Positions 46,813 through 57,700 of a stretch of 57,905 nucleotides of DNA are shown piece by piece. The stretch lies in IMG/VR virus record IMGVR_UViG_3300013006_000040, positions 1 to 57,905 of that record; one strand, written 5' to 3'. The translations under genes were made by a program, and so were the position numbers. The notes beneath the pieces are model-generated. The model was given only the letters and a program-made list of their open reading frames with translations, made no database searches and was not told where the DNA came from. This DNA comes from a virus (Duplodnaviria; Caudoviricetes). Positions within the stretch are counted from its first letter, which is position 1. The number at the start of each line of letters is the position of its first letter.

Positions 46813-47952
46813 TTATAATCCGCTAAGCATAAACGATATTGGATTAACTCCGCCGATTACTGTTGTAGTTGAATTAATAGTAGATGTTGTTCCAAAATAT
46901 CTAATTTCAAGATTAGATCCCACTGGATATTGTGTAGTAGTTGTTAATGTTGTACCAGATACTGTGTAATCTGTCGTTGGTATTTGTATCAAACCCTCAT
47001 TTATAACAAATATAGATTCGGGATTTGCCACTGATCTTGACATTGTATATGTTGTCGTTGCCGCTAATATAGATATTGTTTCTGTTGCAGCAACAGTAAT
47101 TCCAACAATATTTGCACTAATTTGACCATTGGCCAATATGCTAACATTTTGACCAGCTAATGAAGGTAATAGACCAATTACATTAGAAGAGACTCTTGCG
47201 TTGGTATAGTAAAGATTTGAGCCTTCAGCCAAGTTGCTAGTTGTTAATCCTGCTAATGATACTGTAGCAGTACTAGCATTGATTTGGCCATTCGCTTGAA
47301 TCTGTATACCAGAGCCAGCTAATGAGGGTAATAGACCAATTACATTTGAATAAACTCTTGCATTGGTGTAATATAAATTACTACCTTCAACTAAATTAGC
47401 AGTAGTGAAATTGCTTAATGATAGTACAGTATTGGCTACATTTGAAGATGTTGCGAATCCAGATGTTGCTGATGCATTTGCATTTATCTGTCCATTAGCT
47501 TGAATCTGTATGCCTGAACCTGCCAATGTAGGCAATAATGCAATTACATTTGAATAAACTCTGGCATTGGTATAATATAAATTGCTACCTTCTGCAACAT
47601 TAGATGTTGTTAGATAAGGTAATACTGCGGATATTACTCTGGCATTGGTATAATAAAGATTGGATCCTTCTGCAACATTAGATGTTGTTAGGAATTGACT
47701 AATTGATGCGAATGTTACTACAGCAGCATTTGCGCTAATCTGACCGTTAGCCTGTATAGCAATACCGGAACCAGCCAATGCAGGCAATAATGCTATTACA
47801 TTTGAATATACTCTTGCATTAGAGAAGTAAAGATTTATACCTTCAGTAATATCCGAAGTTGATATAACCTGAGCCGTAGGCCAATCGTTGCCTACTTGTC
47901 TCAAGTAAGCTGTACCTAAATTAAATATACCTCGACTATTAATTATTGACAT
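46813..47952 (-). CDS. Fibre shaft protein, cassette A1
   Basis: GIF...LRQ-x-GNDWP N-terminus; five shaft repeats; ends NPISFMLSGL. Confidence 0.82.
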   Translation of the reverse strand: MSIINSRGIFNLGTAYLRQVGNDWPTAQVISTSDITEGINLYFSNARVYSNVIALLPALAGSGIAIQANGQISANAAVVTFASISQFLTTSNVAEGSNLYYTNARVISAVLPYLTTSNVAEGSNLYYTNARVYSNVIALLPTLAGSGIQIQANGQINANASATSGFATSSNVANTVLSLSNFTTANLVEGSNLYYTNARVYSNVIGLLPSLAGSGIQIQANGQINASTATVSLAGLTTSNLAEGSNLYYTNARVSSNVIGLLPSLAGQNVSILANGQISANIVGITVAATETISILAATTTYTMSRSVANPESIFVINEGLIQIPTTDYTVSGTTLTTTTQYPVGSNLEIRYFGTTSTINSTTTVIGGVNPISFMLSGL

Positions 47953-47977
47953 CTTTTTTCTTTATACTGTTACTGTA

Positions 47978-47985
47978 TATTTATG
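47978..47985 (-). promoter_or_regulatory. T4-type late promoter variant
   Basis: CATAAATA within an intergenic block nearly identical to 52573-52602. Confidence 0.7.
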
Positions 47986-47990
47986 GCTTT

Positions 47991-50948
47991 TTAAACGTAC
48001 GGGTATCTAATAATAATAATACCCGAAGCGCCGCTGCCGCCCGCATAATTACCGCCGCCCCCCGATCCTCCAGAACCGCCGCCCCCAGTATTTTGCAATC
48101 CACTTAAACCTACGTTATCGTTTTGACCATTTGCTCCTCCACCATAACCTCCAAGTTTTCCACTATACACCGTCGGCCAACCGGTGGAGCCTGCGCCACC
48201 ACCAAAATATCCTTTACCGGATACATTGCTTACAGAATTGGTTACATTGGTTCCGTATCTATCAAAATTCGCAAAATATTTACCTCTACCACCTTGGCCT
48301 GGATATGTTGCGTCGTTATAAGCAAATCCGCTAGTGCCCATACCCCCACCAGAAGATCCGGCACCATTTCCTAAGTCACTTAAACCAAATGCACTTAATG
48401 TATTTCCAGATGCCCCGCCGTATCCTCGTATGTTAATATCCCCGTTATTATGAGACACGCAATATTGTCCCCGGAAACCTGTCTGTGCAAACCCAATCGT
48501 ACCGCCAGATAAAATACTTGAACTTGTACCATTCGCAGAATCACCTGCAGGATAACCTGTGCCTCCTGCGCCACCACCACCCACAAGCATACCAAAATTA
48601 TTTACAGTTGCGGTAATAGATCCGGTATTTCCATTACCGCCACCACCACCGCCTCCGCTATAAAATGTGCCGTTACCTGCAGCACCGCCGCCACCGGCAC
48701 CAATAACTAGATAATCCATAGAATTATTAGCAGGAGTAACAGTAGCTACTGAATTTACAAGTAAATTACCCGATGTAGTAAATGAATGATACTTATATCC
48801 ATTCACTATTGTTATATTTCCACCTGTTGCATTAATGTAGAAGTCTGAAACATTATATAGTACAACATTACTACTACTGGTTATTGATATTGGGCCTGTT
48901 GTAGAATCTTGTCTTATTTCTAATCCAAAAATCTTAGATACATCTAGTATTGCACTGCTATTTGTTTGCAGGGTGATCGTTGCACCCGTAGTATTTGCCG
49001 TAAATGAACCAGTATTTCCACCAATGAAATGCGAGGAATTTGCATTACCTGATGTAGAATAATATAATGTAGTACCGTTTGCATTTAGAACAGAAAGATT
49101 AAATATTACATTTCCGCCAGTTAATACGTTGGTTGAACTTGTTGTTAGAGTTGTAAAGTATTGTCCGGTAAATGGATATCGTATAATAACAATGCCAGAA
49201 CCGCCCGTTCCGCCCGCATTATATACTGATGGAACAGGAGTTGTGGCTGGAATACCTGCGCCACCTCCGCCTCCCCCAGTATTAATAGTACCAGGAGTGC
49301 CTCCTGAACCAGATCCACCTCCACCGCCTCCGCCAGCGCCACCGCCACCGGCATATCCAACGAAAGGCCCAGGCGTTGGGTGACCTCCGTTGGATCCTCC
49401 TCCGCCGCCACCAGCAAAATACCCGCTAGGGCCCCAAGTACCAAATGCTGTAGGATTTCTACCAACACCACCTGAAGCAGAAAAACTACCATATGGTTGT
49501 GGTGATTCATTAGTAGCTGCGCCACCCGCCCCACCCCCAGCAGCAGCATTTGAACCATTTGGACCTTGTGCAGAATTACCTGGGTATCCCTCTGTAGCAA
49601 TACCGGTTCCATTTGCTCCAGGTTGGCCGCCGCCACCCGAACCGCCAGGATAACCTACACTACCTGAATATCCGCCGGCACCGCCTCCTGTGGTCGAAAC
49701 ATTAGTCCAACTTGGTCCTGTGCCAGTAATTGAACTTGGATTTCCTTGTACACCTGGACTAGGACTAGATGGGGCGGTGCCACCGGCGCCAACTGTTATT
49801 GTATAATTTTGTCCCGCAGCAACATAATTTGCAGGTTGTGCTGTAGAACTTGGGCCACCTGATAATTCGCCTGATACATTTAATTTATAACCTCCGGCGC
49901 CTGCACCTGAGCCTTTACCTGCGTTATTTGTAGGTCCTCCGCCTCCCCCTCCTGCAACAACTAAATATTCAATAGCTCCGCCAGTTGTACCTATACCTGT
50001 AACAGATAGATTTGAAGATGTATTAAAGGTATGATACTTATAGCCATTAAGAACTGTTATATTACCGCCAGTAGCGGCCATTTGTGTTAGAGAAGAATCA
50101 TTTATTAATAAGTTATTACTTGTGGCTAATACTGTTCCTGTTACAGAATCTCTTCTTATTCTTACTCGGAAATCTACAGATGTTCCATATGGGACTGCTG
50201 AAGTTGTAACTAATGATATAGTATTAGAAACACTATTCATTCTAAATGAACCTGTATTTCCGCCAGTAAAGTTTGAGGTTGTTACGTTACCGGTGGTATC
50301 ATAATATAGCAATGTACCTGCAGATATATTAATAACATTCGCTGTTAATGTTAACGTACCACCCTCAGTTGCACTACTTGCGCTTTCAACAAAACTCAAT
50401 ACATTGTACTGATTGGATGTATCTAGAACTGTTACGTTGGATGATGTGATAACAACATTACCGTTAGTATTATTAGTTCTAATTTGCAGTGTAAACGCTT
50501 CAGTTGTTTCATCAAATAAAGATACGTCAGCGTTTGTAGTTAACCTAAGTGTTCCCACGTTATTTGCGATAGTAATTACACCAGTATTGCCACCAACAAA
50601 GTCATTGCTATTTACGTTGGCTGTTATTATAGAATTTGTAGTATAATATACATTAGTACCGTTTACAACATTAGATGTCGTTAATGTATATAATATTACG
50701 TTGCCCTCTGCTGCTGTAGTTGCATTTGCTGTTAAACTAACAATAGTTGTTGTATCAGGAATAGTAATAGTATTTGATGTGCCAATAACTGTGCCTGTAA
50801 ATCCTTCTTTGCGAAGTTTAACTACGAATGTTTTTGTACCTTCAAATGCAAAAGCTGATAAAGGCAAAACAATATTGGCCAAGCCACCTGCTACTGTGAC
50901 TGTACCTTGAAGCGCATTTGCTGCGAAATTACTTGCGAATATTGGCAT
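47991..50948 (-). CDS. Tip protein, cassette B2, with Ig/Calx-beta-like repeats and two Gly-rich domains
   Basis: Starts with a partial Ig-like domain, followed by intact copies and two polyglycine domains. Confidence 0.82.
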   Translation of the reverse strand: MPIFASNFAANALQGTVTVAGGLANIVLPLSAFAFEGTKTFVVKLRKEGFTGTVIGTSNTITIPDTTTIVSLTANATTAAEGNVILYTLTTSNVVNGTNVYYTTNSIITANVNSNDFVGGNTGVITIANNVGTLRLTTNADVSLFDETTEAFTLQIRTNNTNGNVVITSSNVTVLDTSNQYNVLSFVESASSATEGGTLTLTANVINISAGTLLYYDTTGNVTTSNFTGGNTGSFRMNSVSNTISLVTTSAVPYGTSVDFRVRIRRDSVTGTVLATSNNLLINDSSLTQMAATGGNITVLNGYKYHTFNTSSNLSVTGIGTTGGAIEYLVVAGGGGGGPTNNAGKGSGAGAGGYKLNVSGELSGGPSSTAQPANYVAAGQNYTITVGAGGTAPSSPSPGVQGNPSSITGTGPSWTNVSTTGGGAGGYSGSVGYPGGSGGGGQPGANGTGIATEGYPGNSAQGPNGSNAAAGGGAGGAATNESPQPYGSFSASGGVGRNPTAFGTWGPSGYFAGGGGGGSNGGHPTPGPFVGYAGGGGAGGGGGGGSGSGGTPGTINTGGGGGGAGIPATTPVPSVYNAGGTGGSGIVIIRYPFTGQYFTTLTTSSTNVLTGGNVIFNLSVLNANGTTLYYSTSGNANSSHFIGGNTGSFTANTTGATITLQTNSSAILDVSKIFGLEIRQDSTTGPISITSSSNVVLYNVSDFYINATGGNITIVNGYKYHSFTTSGNLLVNSVATVTPANNSMDYLVIGAGGGGAAGNGTFYSGGGGGGGNGNTGSITATVNNFGMLVGGGGAGGTGYPAGDSANGTSSSILSGGTIGFAQTGFRGQYCVSHNNGDINIRGYGGASGNTLSAFGLSDLGNGAGSSGGGMGTSGFAYNDATYPGQGGRGKYFANFDRYGTNVTNSVSNVSGKGYFGGGAGSTGWPTVYSGKLGGYGGGANGQNDNVGLSGLQNTGGGGSGGSGGGGNYAGGSGASGIIIIRYPYV

Positions 50949-50952
50949 ATCT

Positions 50953-52572
50953 TTATTCTATGGTGTAATATAAAACGGTGCCTTCTGGCACTGAAGTATT
51001 AAATGTAACTATTGCTGTATTGGCAGCTGATACTGATGGAGACGTAAAACTTACAGTAGTTTGTTCAGTCTTTCTATATGATGTAAATACTGCTATAGAA
51101 TCAGCATTGCTTGAATTTGCATAACTTGCGTATAATGCATCATATTGTTTCAATGCTTTAGGTGATTGTAATATCTCAAGAGAGGATCCTGCGGGCACTT
51201 GCATATTATATGCCAAGTATGCTTTTGGAACTGCTGTTGTAGAGTTGGCAAAATATAATTTAACTGGAATGTTTGTTGGTTTTAGATTAACAAACTTTAT
51301 ACTTTCAATAACAAAATCTGTTGTGTCTGCTGTTACTAATGATACGTTTGAATTTGCATTTGCCAGTGTTTGACCTACGCCTACATAGGAAACATCATTT
51401 GTAATTGTTTCATAAGTTAAGTATGCGGATAAAATATTACTAGTGGGTGTAAAATTATTATCGAATCCTTGGAAGTATAATGAATCACCAGATTGTAAAA
51501 TTTGTGTTCTATTGATAAATTCAACAAATCCACCTAACGGAACACTGATTAAATTACCAAGATAAGCAGTATTGCCTGCAGAATATCTTACGTTAGCAGA
51601 AACATATGCCAAATTGCTTTCAGATATGTTTGTAATTTGTATAGATCTAATAATGAATCTATCTGCAGCAATTGAACCTGTAAATGTTACACCTGCCATA
51701 ATATTAGATACAGTATATGCTGTTGCGCCGGTTAAACTAATATTGTAATCGCCACCTGCGGCAGTGCTCTTGATTGTACCATCACCAAGAATAGAAATAC
51801 CTTTACCTGCAGTAAATGCTGTTCTGGCTCTTGTATTGGTGTAGTAAAGGTTTGACCCTTCTGCTAAATTGGTAGTGCTTAATCCTGCTAATGATACCGA
51901 TTGCGTATTTGCATTAATTTGACCATTGGCTTGTATGTTAATGCCTGTACCAGCCAATGTGGGTAACAATGCGATTACATTGGAATAAACTCTTGCATTA
52001 GTATAATAAAGATTTGTTAATTCTGTTACATTAGCAGTTGTTAAATCTGTTACATTTGCCTTTAATGCAAGATTACCTTGTATTGCTGAATAAACTCTAG
52101 CATTAGTATAATAAAGATTAGATCCTTCTGCAACATTTGATGTTGTCAAATACGGAAGAACTGCAGATATTACTCTGGCGTTAGTATAATAAAGATTAGA
52201 TCCCTCTGCAACATTTGATGTTGTCAAATACGGAAGAACTGCAGATATTACACGAGCGTTAGTATAATAAAGATTCGATCCCTCAGCAACATTAGATGTT
52301 GTTAATAATGAAGAAACAAACGATAATACTCTAGCGTTGGTATAATAAAGATTTGTTAACTCAGATACATTTGCTGTGGTTAGATCAGAAACATTAGCCT
52401 TTAAAGCCAAATTACCTGATACTGCAGCATTTACTCTGGCATTTGTAAAGTAAAGGTTAGTACCTTCGGTTATATCCGAAGTTGATAGAACCTGAGCCGT
52501 AGGCCAATCGTTTCCTGTTTGTCTAAGGAATACGTCAGCTGTATCAAATATACCTTTGTTGATTATCGTCAT
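50953..52572 (-). CDS. Fibre shaft protein, cassette B2
   Basis: GIF...LRQ-x-GNDWP N-terminus; seven shaft repeats; two adaptor-like domains; ends GTVLYYTIE. Confidence 0.82.
   Translation of the reverse strand: MTIINKGIFDTADVFLRQTGNDWPTAQVLSTSDITEGTNLYFTNARVNAAVSGNLALKANVSDLTTANVSELTNLYYTNARVLSFVSSLLTTSNVAEGSNLYYTNARVISAVLPYLTTSNVAEGSNLYYTNARVISAVLPYLTTSNVAEGSNLYYTNARVYSAIQGNLALKANVTDLTTANVTELTNLYYTNARVYSNVIALLPTLAGTGINIQANGQINANTQSVSLAGLSTTNLAEGSNLYYTNTRARTAFTAGKGISILGDGTIKSTAAGGDYNISLTGATAYTVSNIMAGVTFTGSIAADRFIIRSIQITNISESNLAYVSANVRYSAGNTAYLGNLISVPLGGFVEFINRTQILQSGDSLYFQGFDNNFTPTSNILSAYLTYETITNDVSYVGVGQTLANANSNVSLVTADTTDFVIESIKFVNLKPTNIPVKLYFANSTTAVPKAYLAYNMQVPAGSSLEILQSPKALKQYDALYASYANSSNADSIAVFTSYRKTEQTTVSFTSPSVSAANTAIVTFNTSVPEGTVLYYTIE
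52103..52290. repeat. 78-bp tandem repeat (about 2.4 copies) in the shaft gene
   Basis: TTAGTATAATAAAGATT recurs at 52103, 52181 and 52259; encodes LTTSNVAEGSNLYYTNARVISAVLPY. Confidence 0.9.
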
Positions 52573-52591
52573 CTTTTTTCTTTATACTGTA

Positions 52592-52599
52592 TATTTATG
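52592..52599 (-). promoter_or_regulatory. T4-type late promoter variant
   Basis: CATAAATA upstream of 52572. Confidence 0.7.
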
Positions 52600-52602
52600 G
52601 CA

Positions 52603-54789
52603 TTAGAATATTATGGTACCTGAACTGTAGAATGAATATATTAGGTTAGATCCGTCTGAGGTATAACTTACATTAGATCCTGTCACCGTTGCTGGTCTAA
52701 ATGCGCCAGGATATCGGAATATCGCTACACCCGATTCACCTGCAGCTCCACCTCCACCTAGACCCCCACCTTGGCCGCCTCTACCATAGTAGCCTGTACC
52801 CGGAGTTCCTGCGCCAGATGGTGATCCGCCACCTCCACCGCCAGCATAAACTACAGAAGTACCAGTAATTGATGACGGTAAACCATTTCCTCCAGAACCA
52901 CCTGGGCCGTCTGAATTTCCAGCTCCACCTATTGCACCAGCACCACCACCACCGCCACCGCCCCGTGTGCTACCTGAACCTGAACCTGAGCCACCCGGAT
53001 AACCTTGTTGTGTTGGACTTGGATATCCATAACCACTACCTATGCCGGCTCCGTCTGAGCCACCGCCACCTGAACCACCATTTGTAGTTCCACCCGTGTT
53101 TGAACGACCAGCGCCACCGCCAACTGTAATTAATAGATTGGATGTGGGACTAGATAATATTGTGTTAGCGCCACTAGTGGCTGAAGTAGTTGCGTATACT
53201 CCGGCTGCACCTGCCGCACCTACTGTAACGGTATAAGATGTGCCTGCAGTTACAGGATATGATGCCGATGTGGTAAATCCACCAGCACCACCGCCACCTC
53301 CAGAGCCAGCGCCTGACTGACCAAAGCCACCGCCACCGCCGCCTGCAACTAATAGATAATCTATGCTAGATGTACCTGCTACAGTTACGGGATAACGTAT
53401 AATAGCTATACCGGAACCGCCAGAACCAGCTAAATAAGATGGACTAGCTCCGCCTCCACCTCCACCGCCGGTATTTACGTTTCCGCCAAATGCCTGCAAA
53501 GCCTGAGGACCAGCCATTGCTCCACGACCACCACCACCAGATCCACCATCACCTGGGGTACCAGTATTTGCGTCAGTTGAGCCACCGCCCCCTCCAGAAA
53601 AATGTCTACCGGGTGCTGGCCCAGGTGTGCCATAAGATGAGGGTATACCTGCAAAGGTAGGAACAAGACCAATACCACCAACGCGAGGACCATTTTGAAA
53701 TCCATTAAATGTTGCACCTGCGCCACCTGCGCCACCGCCACCTGCGCTGGACTGTCCTATTGGATTGGAACCTATAATGCTTCCTCCAGGATAACCCTGT
53801 GAGCCTGCAATATTTAAACCTGGGCTGCCTATAGCCAGCCCTCCCGGGGCTCCTCCAGGACTATCACCTGCACCGCCACCACCTGATCCCCCAGGTTGAC
53901 CATTTTGCACAGGTGATACATAATCGTCACCGCCGCCGCCCCCAAATGCAATAGCACCAAATATACTCGTATTGGCTCCCTGACCGCCAAGTGTATTTCT
54001 GGCAGGGGCCGCAGTACCGCCGGCACCTACAATAATACTACTAGTACCAGAAATAGAAATATTTCCCATTAATATACCGCCTGCCCCTGCACCAGAGCCA
54101 GGGTATGGATTGGAAGCGCCTATTGCCCCTCCACCTCCACCCGCAACTAACATATAATCTATAGTAATGTTAGATGAAGGATTTGATATTACAAAATTAT
54201 TAGATGATTGGAATACGTGATACTTATATCCGCCGAATGTGAATGTGTCATTACCTCCAGATGCATTAATTTCTGCATTAGATGTATCTAATACGTTAAT
54301 AGTATTTGAAGTATAAACTATATTACCTGCAATATTACTTGTTCTAATATCAACTCTAAATGATTCTACACCTTCTGTTATATTATCTGCATTTGAATTA
54401 AATGTAAACGATCCTGTATTATTATTAATTGTTATAATACCAGTATTTGCACCTATAAAATCAGGAAGATTTATATTTGAGGTGTAGTAAACATTGGATC
54501 CGTTAACAGCATTTGCCGTTGTCAAGGTAAATGTCACTGCCTGTCCCTCATTAATTGAGGATACATTAGAAGTTAAACTAACAACAGAACTCGAATCCTG
54601 TAATGTTATCGTTGGAGATACTGCAAGTACTTCGCCGGTTGGACTACCGTTTCTTAATTTAATTACAAAAGATTTGTTACCTTCTAGTGCATAAGGAATA
54701 GTATCAAGTGAGATATTTGCAAAGCCGTTAATAACACTAACGGTGCCCGATAATGAGTTTGATCTAAAATTACTTGCGGAGATTGGCAT
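52603..54789 (-). CDS. Tip protein, cassette B1, with Ig/Calx-beta-like domains and two Gly-rich domains
   Basis: Starts MPISASNF (paralog of MPIFASNF); two polyglycine domains. Confidence 0.82.
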   Translation of the reverse strand: MPISASNFRSNSLSGTVSVINGFANISLDTIPYALEGNKSFVIKLRNGSPTGEVLAVSPTITLQDSSSVVSLTSNVSSINEGQAVTFTLTTANAVNGSNVYYTSNINLPDFIGANTGIITINNNTGSFTFNSNADNITEGVESFRVDIRTSNIAGNIVYTSNTINVLDTSNAEINASGGNDTFTFGGYKYHVFQSSNNFVISNPSSNITIDYMLVAGGGGGAIGASNPYPGSGAGAGGILMGNISISGTSSIIVGAGGTAAPARNTLGGQGANTSIFGAIAFGGGGGDDYVSPVQNGQPGGSGGGGAGDSPGGAPGGLAIGSPGLNIAGSQGYPGGSIIGSNPIGQSSAGGGGAGGAGATFNGFQNGPRVGGIGLVPTFAGIPSSYGTPGPAPGRHFSGGGGGSTDANTGTPGDGGSGGGGRGAMAGPQALQAFGGNVNTGGGGGGGASPSYLAGSGGSGIAIIRYPVTVAGTSSIDYLLVAGGGGGGFGQSGAGSGGGGGAGGFTTSASYPVTAGTSYTVTVGAAGAAGVYATTSATSGANTILSSPTSNLLITVGGGAGRSNTGGTTNGGSGGGGSDGAGIGSGYGYPSPTQQGYPGGSGSGSGSTRGGGGGGGAGAIGGAGNSDGPGGSGGNGLPSSITGTSVVYAGGGGGGSPSGAGTPGTGYYGRGGQGGGLGGGGAAGESGVAIFRYPGAFRPATVTGSNVSYTSDGSNLIYSFYSSGTIIF

Positions 54790-54793
54790 ATTC

Positions 54794-57700
54794 TTATTCT
54801 ATTGTGTAATATAAACCGGTGCCTTCGTTCGCAGAAGTGCCAAACGATGCTGTTATAGTATTTCCAGGTAATCCTGCGGAAGTATATGTTCCAATTGTAT
54901 ATGCCGCACCATATCTTGCTGATACAAATGCCGATACGCCATTAGTTGCTCCGCCAGTATAGCTCGCATATAATGCATCACCTTGATTTATACGCTTCGT
55001 AGATTGTAACAATTCTACAGATGTGTTAGGTGGTAATTGTAAACCAAATGCCAAATGAGCTTTTGGCACACCGTTTGCATCACCCCAATAACACGTAACG
55101 GGAACAGTTGTGGATTGAAGATTTACAAACTTAACACTTTCAATAATACTAAATGAGTTCGCGGAATTATATATCTTCGTATTAGTACCAGATGTAGCTA
55201 TCGTCTGACCTGTGCCCATATAACTATTATCGTTATAGAACGTCTCGTATGTTAGCATTACGGACATTAAATTCGCAGTAGCTGTACCTGAATTATTAAA
55301 TCCCTGCAAGTTAATTTGGTCGCCTGGTTGGAATATTTGATATGTTTTAATAAATTCCATTACTCCACCAGGTGCAACCGGGATTATATTTGCCATATAT
55401 GCTGTGTTACCTGTAGCATATAAAACATTACTTGATACTAATGCTGTTGCGCCAGATGTATTTACCAAATGCAATGAGCGTAATAAGAATCTATCATTTG
55501 CTGCAGTTGTTGGGAATGTTATTACTGGCGACATTGTTGCCAGTACGTTAGCTCCAACTGTGCCATCAATACCGGTGTTATACTGTGAAGAAGAACCTGT
55601 ATTATTAACAATACCGCCTTCACTAATAGTAATACCTTTACCTGCGGTGAATGCTGTTCTGACTCTAGTATTGGTGTAATAAAGATTTATACCCTCTGCA
55701 ACATTTGATGTAGTCTGATTAGATAATGAAATTACCTGTGCTGCAAGATTAACAAAGTCTGATTGAAGTATAGTAACATTAGATAAATCTAAGTTTGCAC
55801 TAATTCTACCATTTGCCTGAATAATAATATTTTGACCTGCCAATGTAGGCAATAATGCAAGCACATTGGAATAAACACGAGCATTTGTAAAGTATAGATT
55901 TGTACCTTCAACTACATTAGAAGTGATTAAATCGACTACATTTGCTTTGGTTGATAAATTACCCTGGATTGCCGCATAAACTCTTGCATTAGTATAATAT
56001 AAATTGCTACCCTCTACTACATTTGAAGTAGTTAAATAAGGTGTTATAGCTAGTGCAACGCGAGCATTTGTAAAGTATTGGTTAGTGCCTTCTGCTAAAT
56101 TAGCAGTTGTAAAGTTACTTAGTGTTCCCGCAGTGCCTGATACATTACCAAAGAATGTTGTTGCTGCAATATTAGCTAATCTAAATGATGCGTGAGCTGT
56201 ATCAATAAAGATGTTAGCATCGGGTTCTGGATCATAATTATCAAATACCTTGAATGTGCCATTGTCGGATGCGTCTCTAAAGAAACCACCGTGATGATAA
56301 ACACCATCATTATAATTAAATGCAAAGCCTATATCAGGATTCGAAACAGTGGAGTTCGAATTCAAATATATCATATTATCCGAAACGGATATATTATTTG
56401 CACCGTATGTAGTTACACCGCCGTATACAGTTAAGTTATTTGTAACACTAAGATTAAAGAATGTTACATTAGCAGTTGATGCTACATTCTGTCCAATTGA
56501 TATTGCACCTGTAGTTGTATCATAACTTACACCAGTGCCACCACTTAAAGCAGATCTTACTCTAGTATTGGTATAATATAAATTAGAATTTGATTCTAAT
56601 ACGTTAGCAGTAGTTAAAAGAGGAGTAACTGCAGTTATAACTCTACCATTGGTATAATATAAATTATTATTACCTTCGGTTATGCTATTAGTAGTCAAAT
56701 TACTAATAGTCGAATTTAAATTAGCAATTTCAAGATTTACATTTGCGCTAATTCTACCATTAGATTCAATTACAATATTATCGCCAGCAATAAATGCGGT
56801 TCTAACTCTAGAATTGGTATAGTATAAATTGACGTTTGCTTCTAATAAGTTTGCTGTAGTAAGTCCACTTAAAGATAATACAGTATTTGCAACATTTGCT
56901 GTTAGAGCAATATTGGCTGTGCCGGCGGTGTTAGCAAACAACGCAATATTTGCTGTTGTACCTGAGTCTATAGTGCCTGCAACAAAACTTGCACCATTCC
57001 AAATTAATATACCGTTGGTAGTAATACCTGTTGTATCGACGTCTGAAAATATATTAACACTTTGCTGGGATAAATTAGCAGTTACTCTTGCATTAGTGAA
57101 GTATTGATTAGTGCCTTCTGCTAAATTAGATGTAGTAAAATTAGATAATGAACTTATTGTACCTGTTACATTACCTACAAATGAGTTGGTAACTACAAGA
57201 TTGCCTGTAGTAATATTTGAAGCCGTAAGACTAACTAAGGTTAGACCCGTTTGCGCATTGCCTGATATCTTCTGACCACCGACATATAATGACTCTGCAC
57301 TTAAGTAAAAGTCTTTCCATTGTTTATCTAATGATCCAAAATTGAATGTGGAATCTAGAGACGGTATAATGTTACCAGTAATAAGTATATTACCAGAAGA
57401 GGCAAGCAAATTCCCGGTTTGAATATATGATGCGGATATTAAATTGGCACCTGTTAAGGAACCACCTGATCCTGCACCGAACGTAGTGCTACCAGATATG
57501 CTAACATTGCCTATAGTTGCATTACCTATAGCAATATTACCTGCTAATAATGCTATTACATTAGAATAAACTCTGGCATTGGTATAATATAAGTTTGTGC
57601 CTTCTGCTACATTTGAAGTAGTTAAGTATGGAAGGACTGCAGATATTACGCGAGCATTTGTATAGTAAAGATTGGAATTTGATTCTAATACGTTTGCCGT

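Noticed and set aside
14-57107. Plus-strand ORFs in the track, including Pro-rich ones opposite Gly-rich genes
   Set aside because: They are antisense shadows of minus-strand genes, with no RBS or family motifs.
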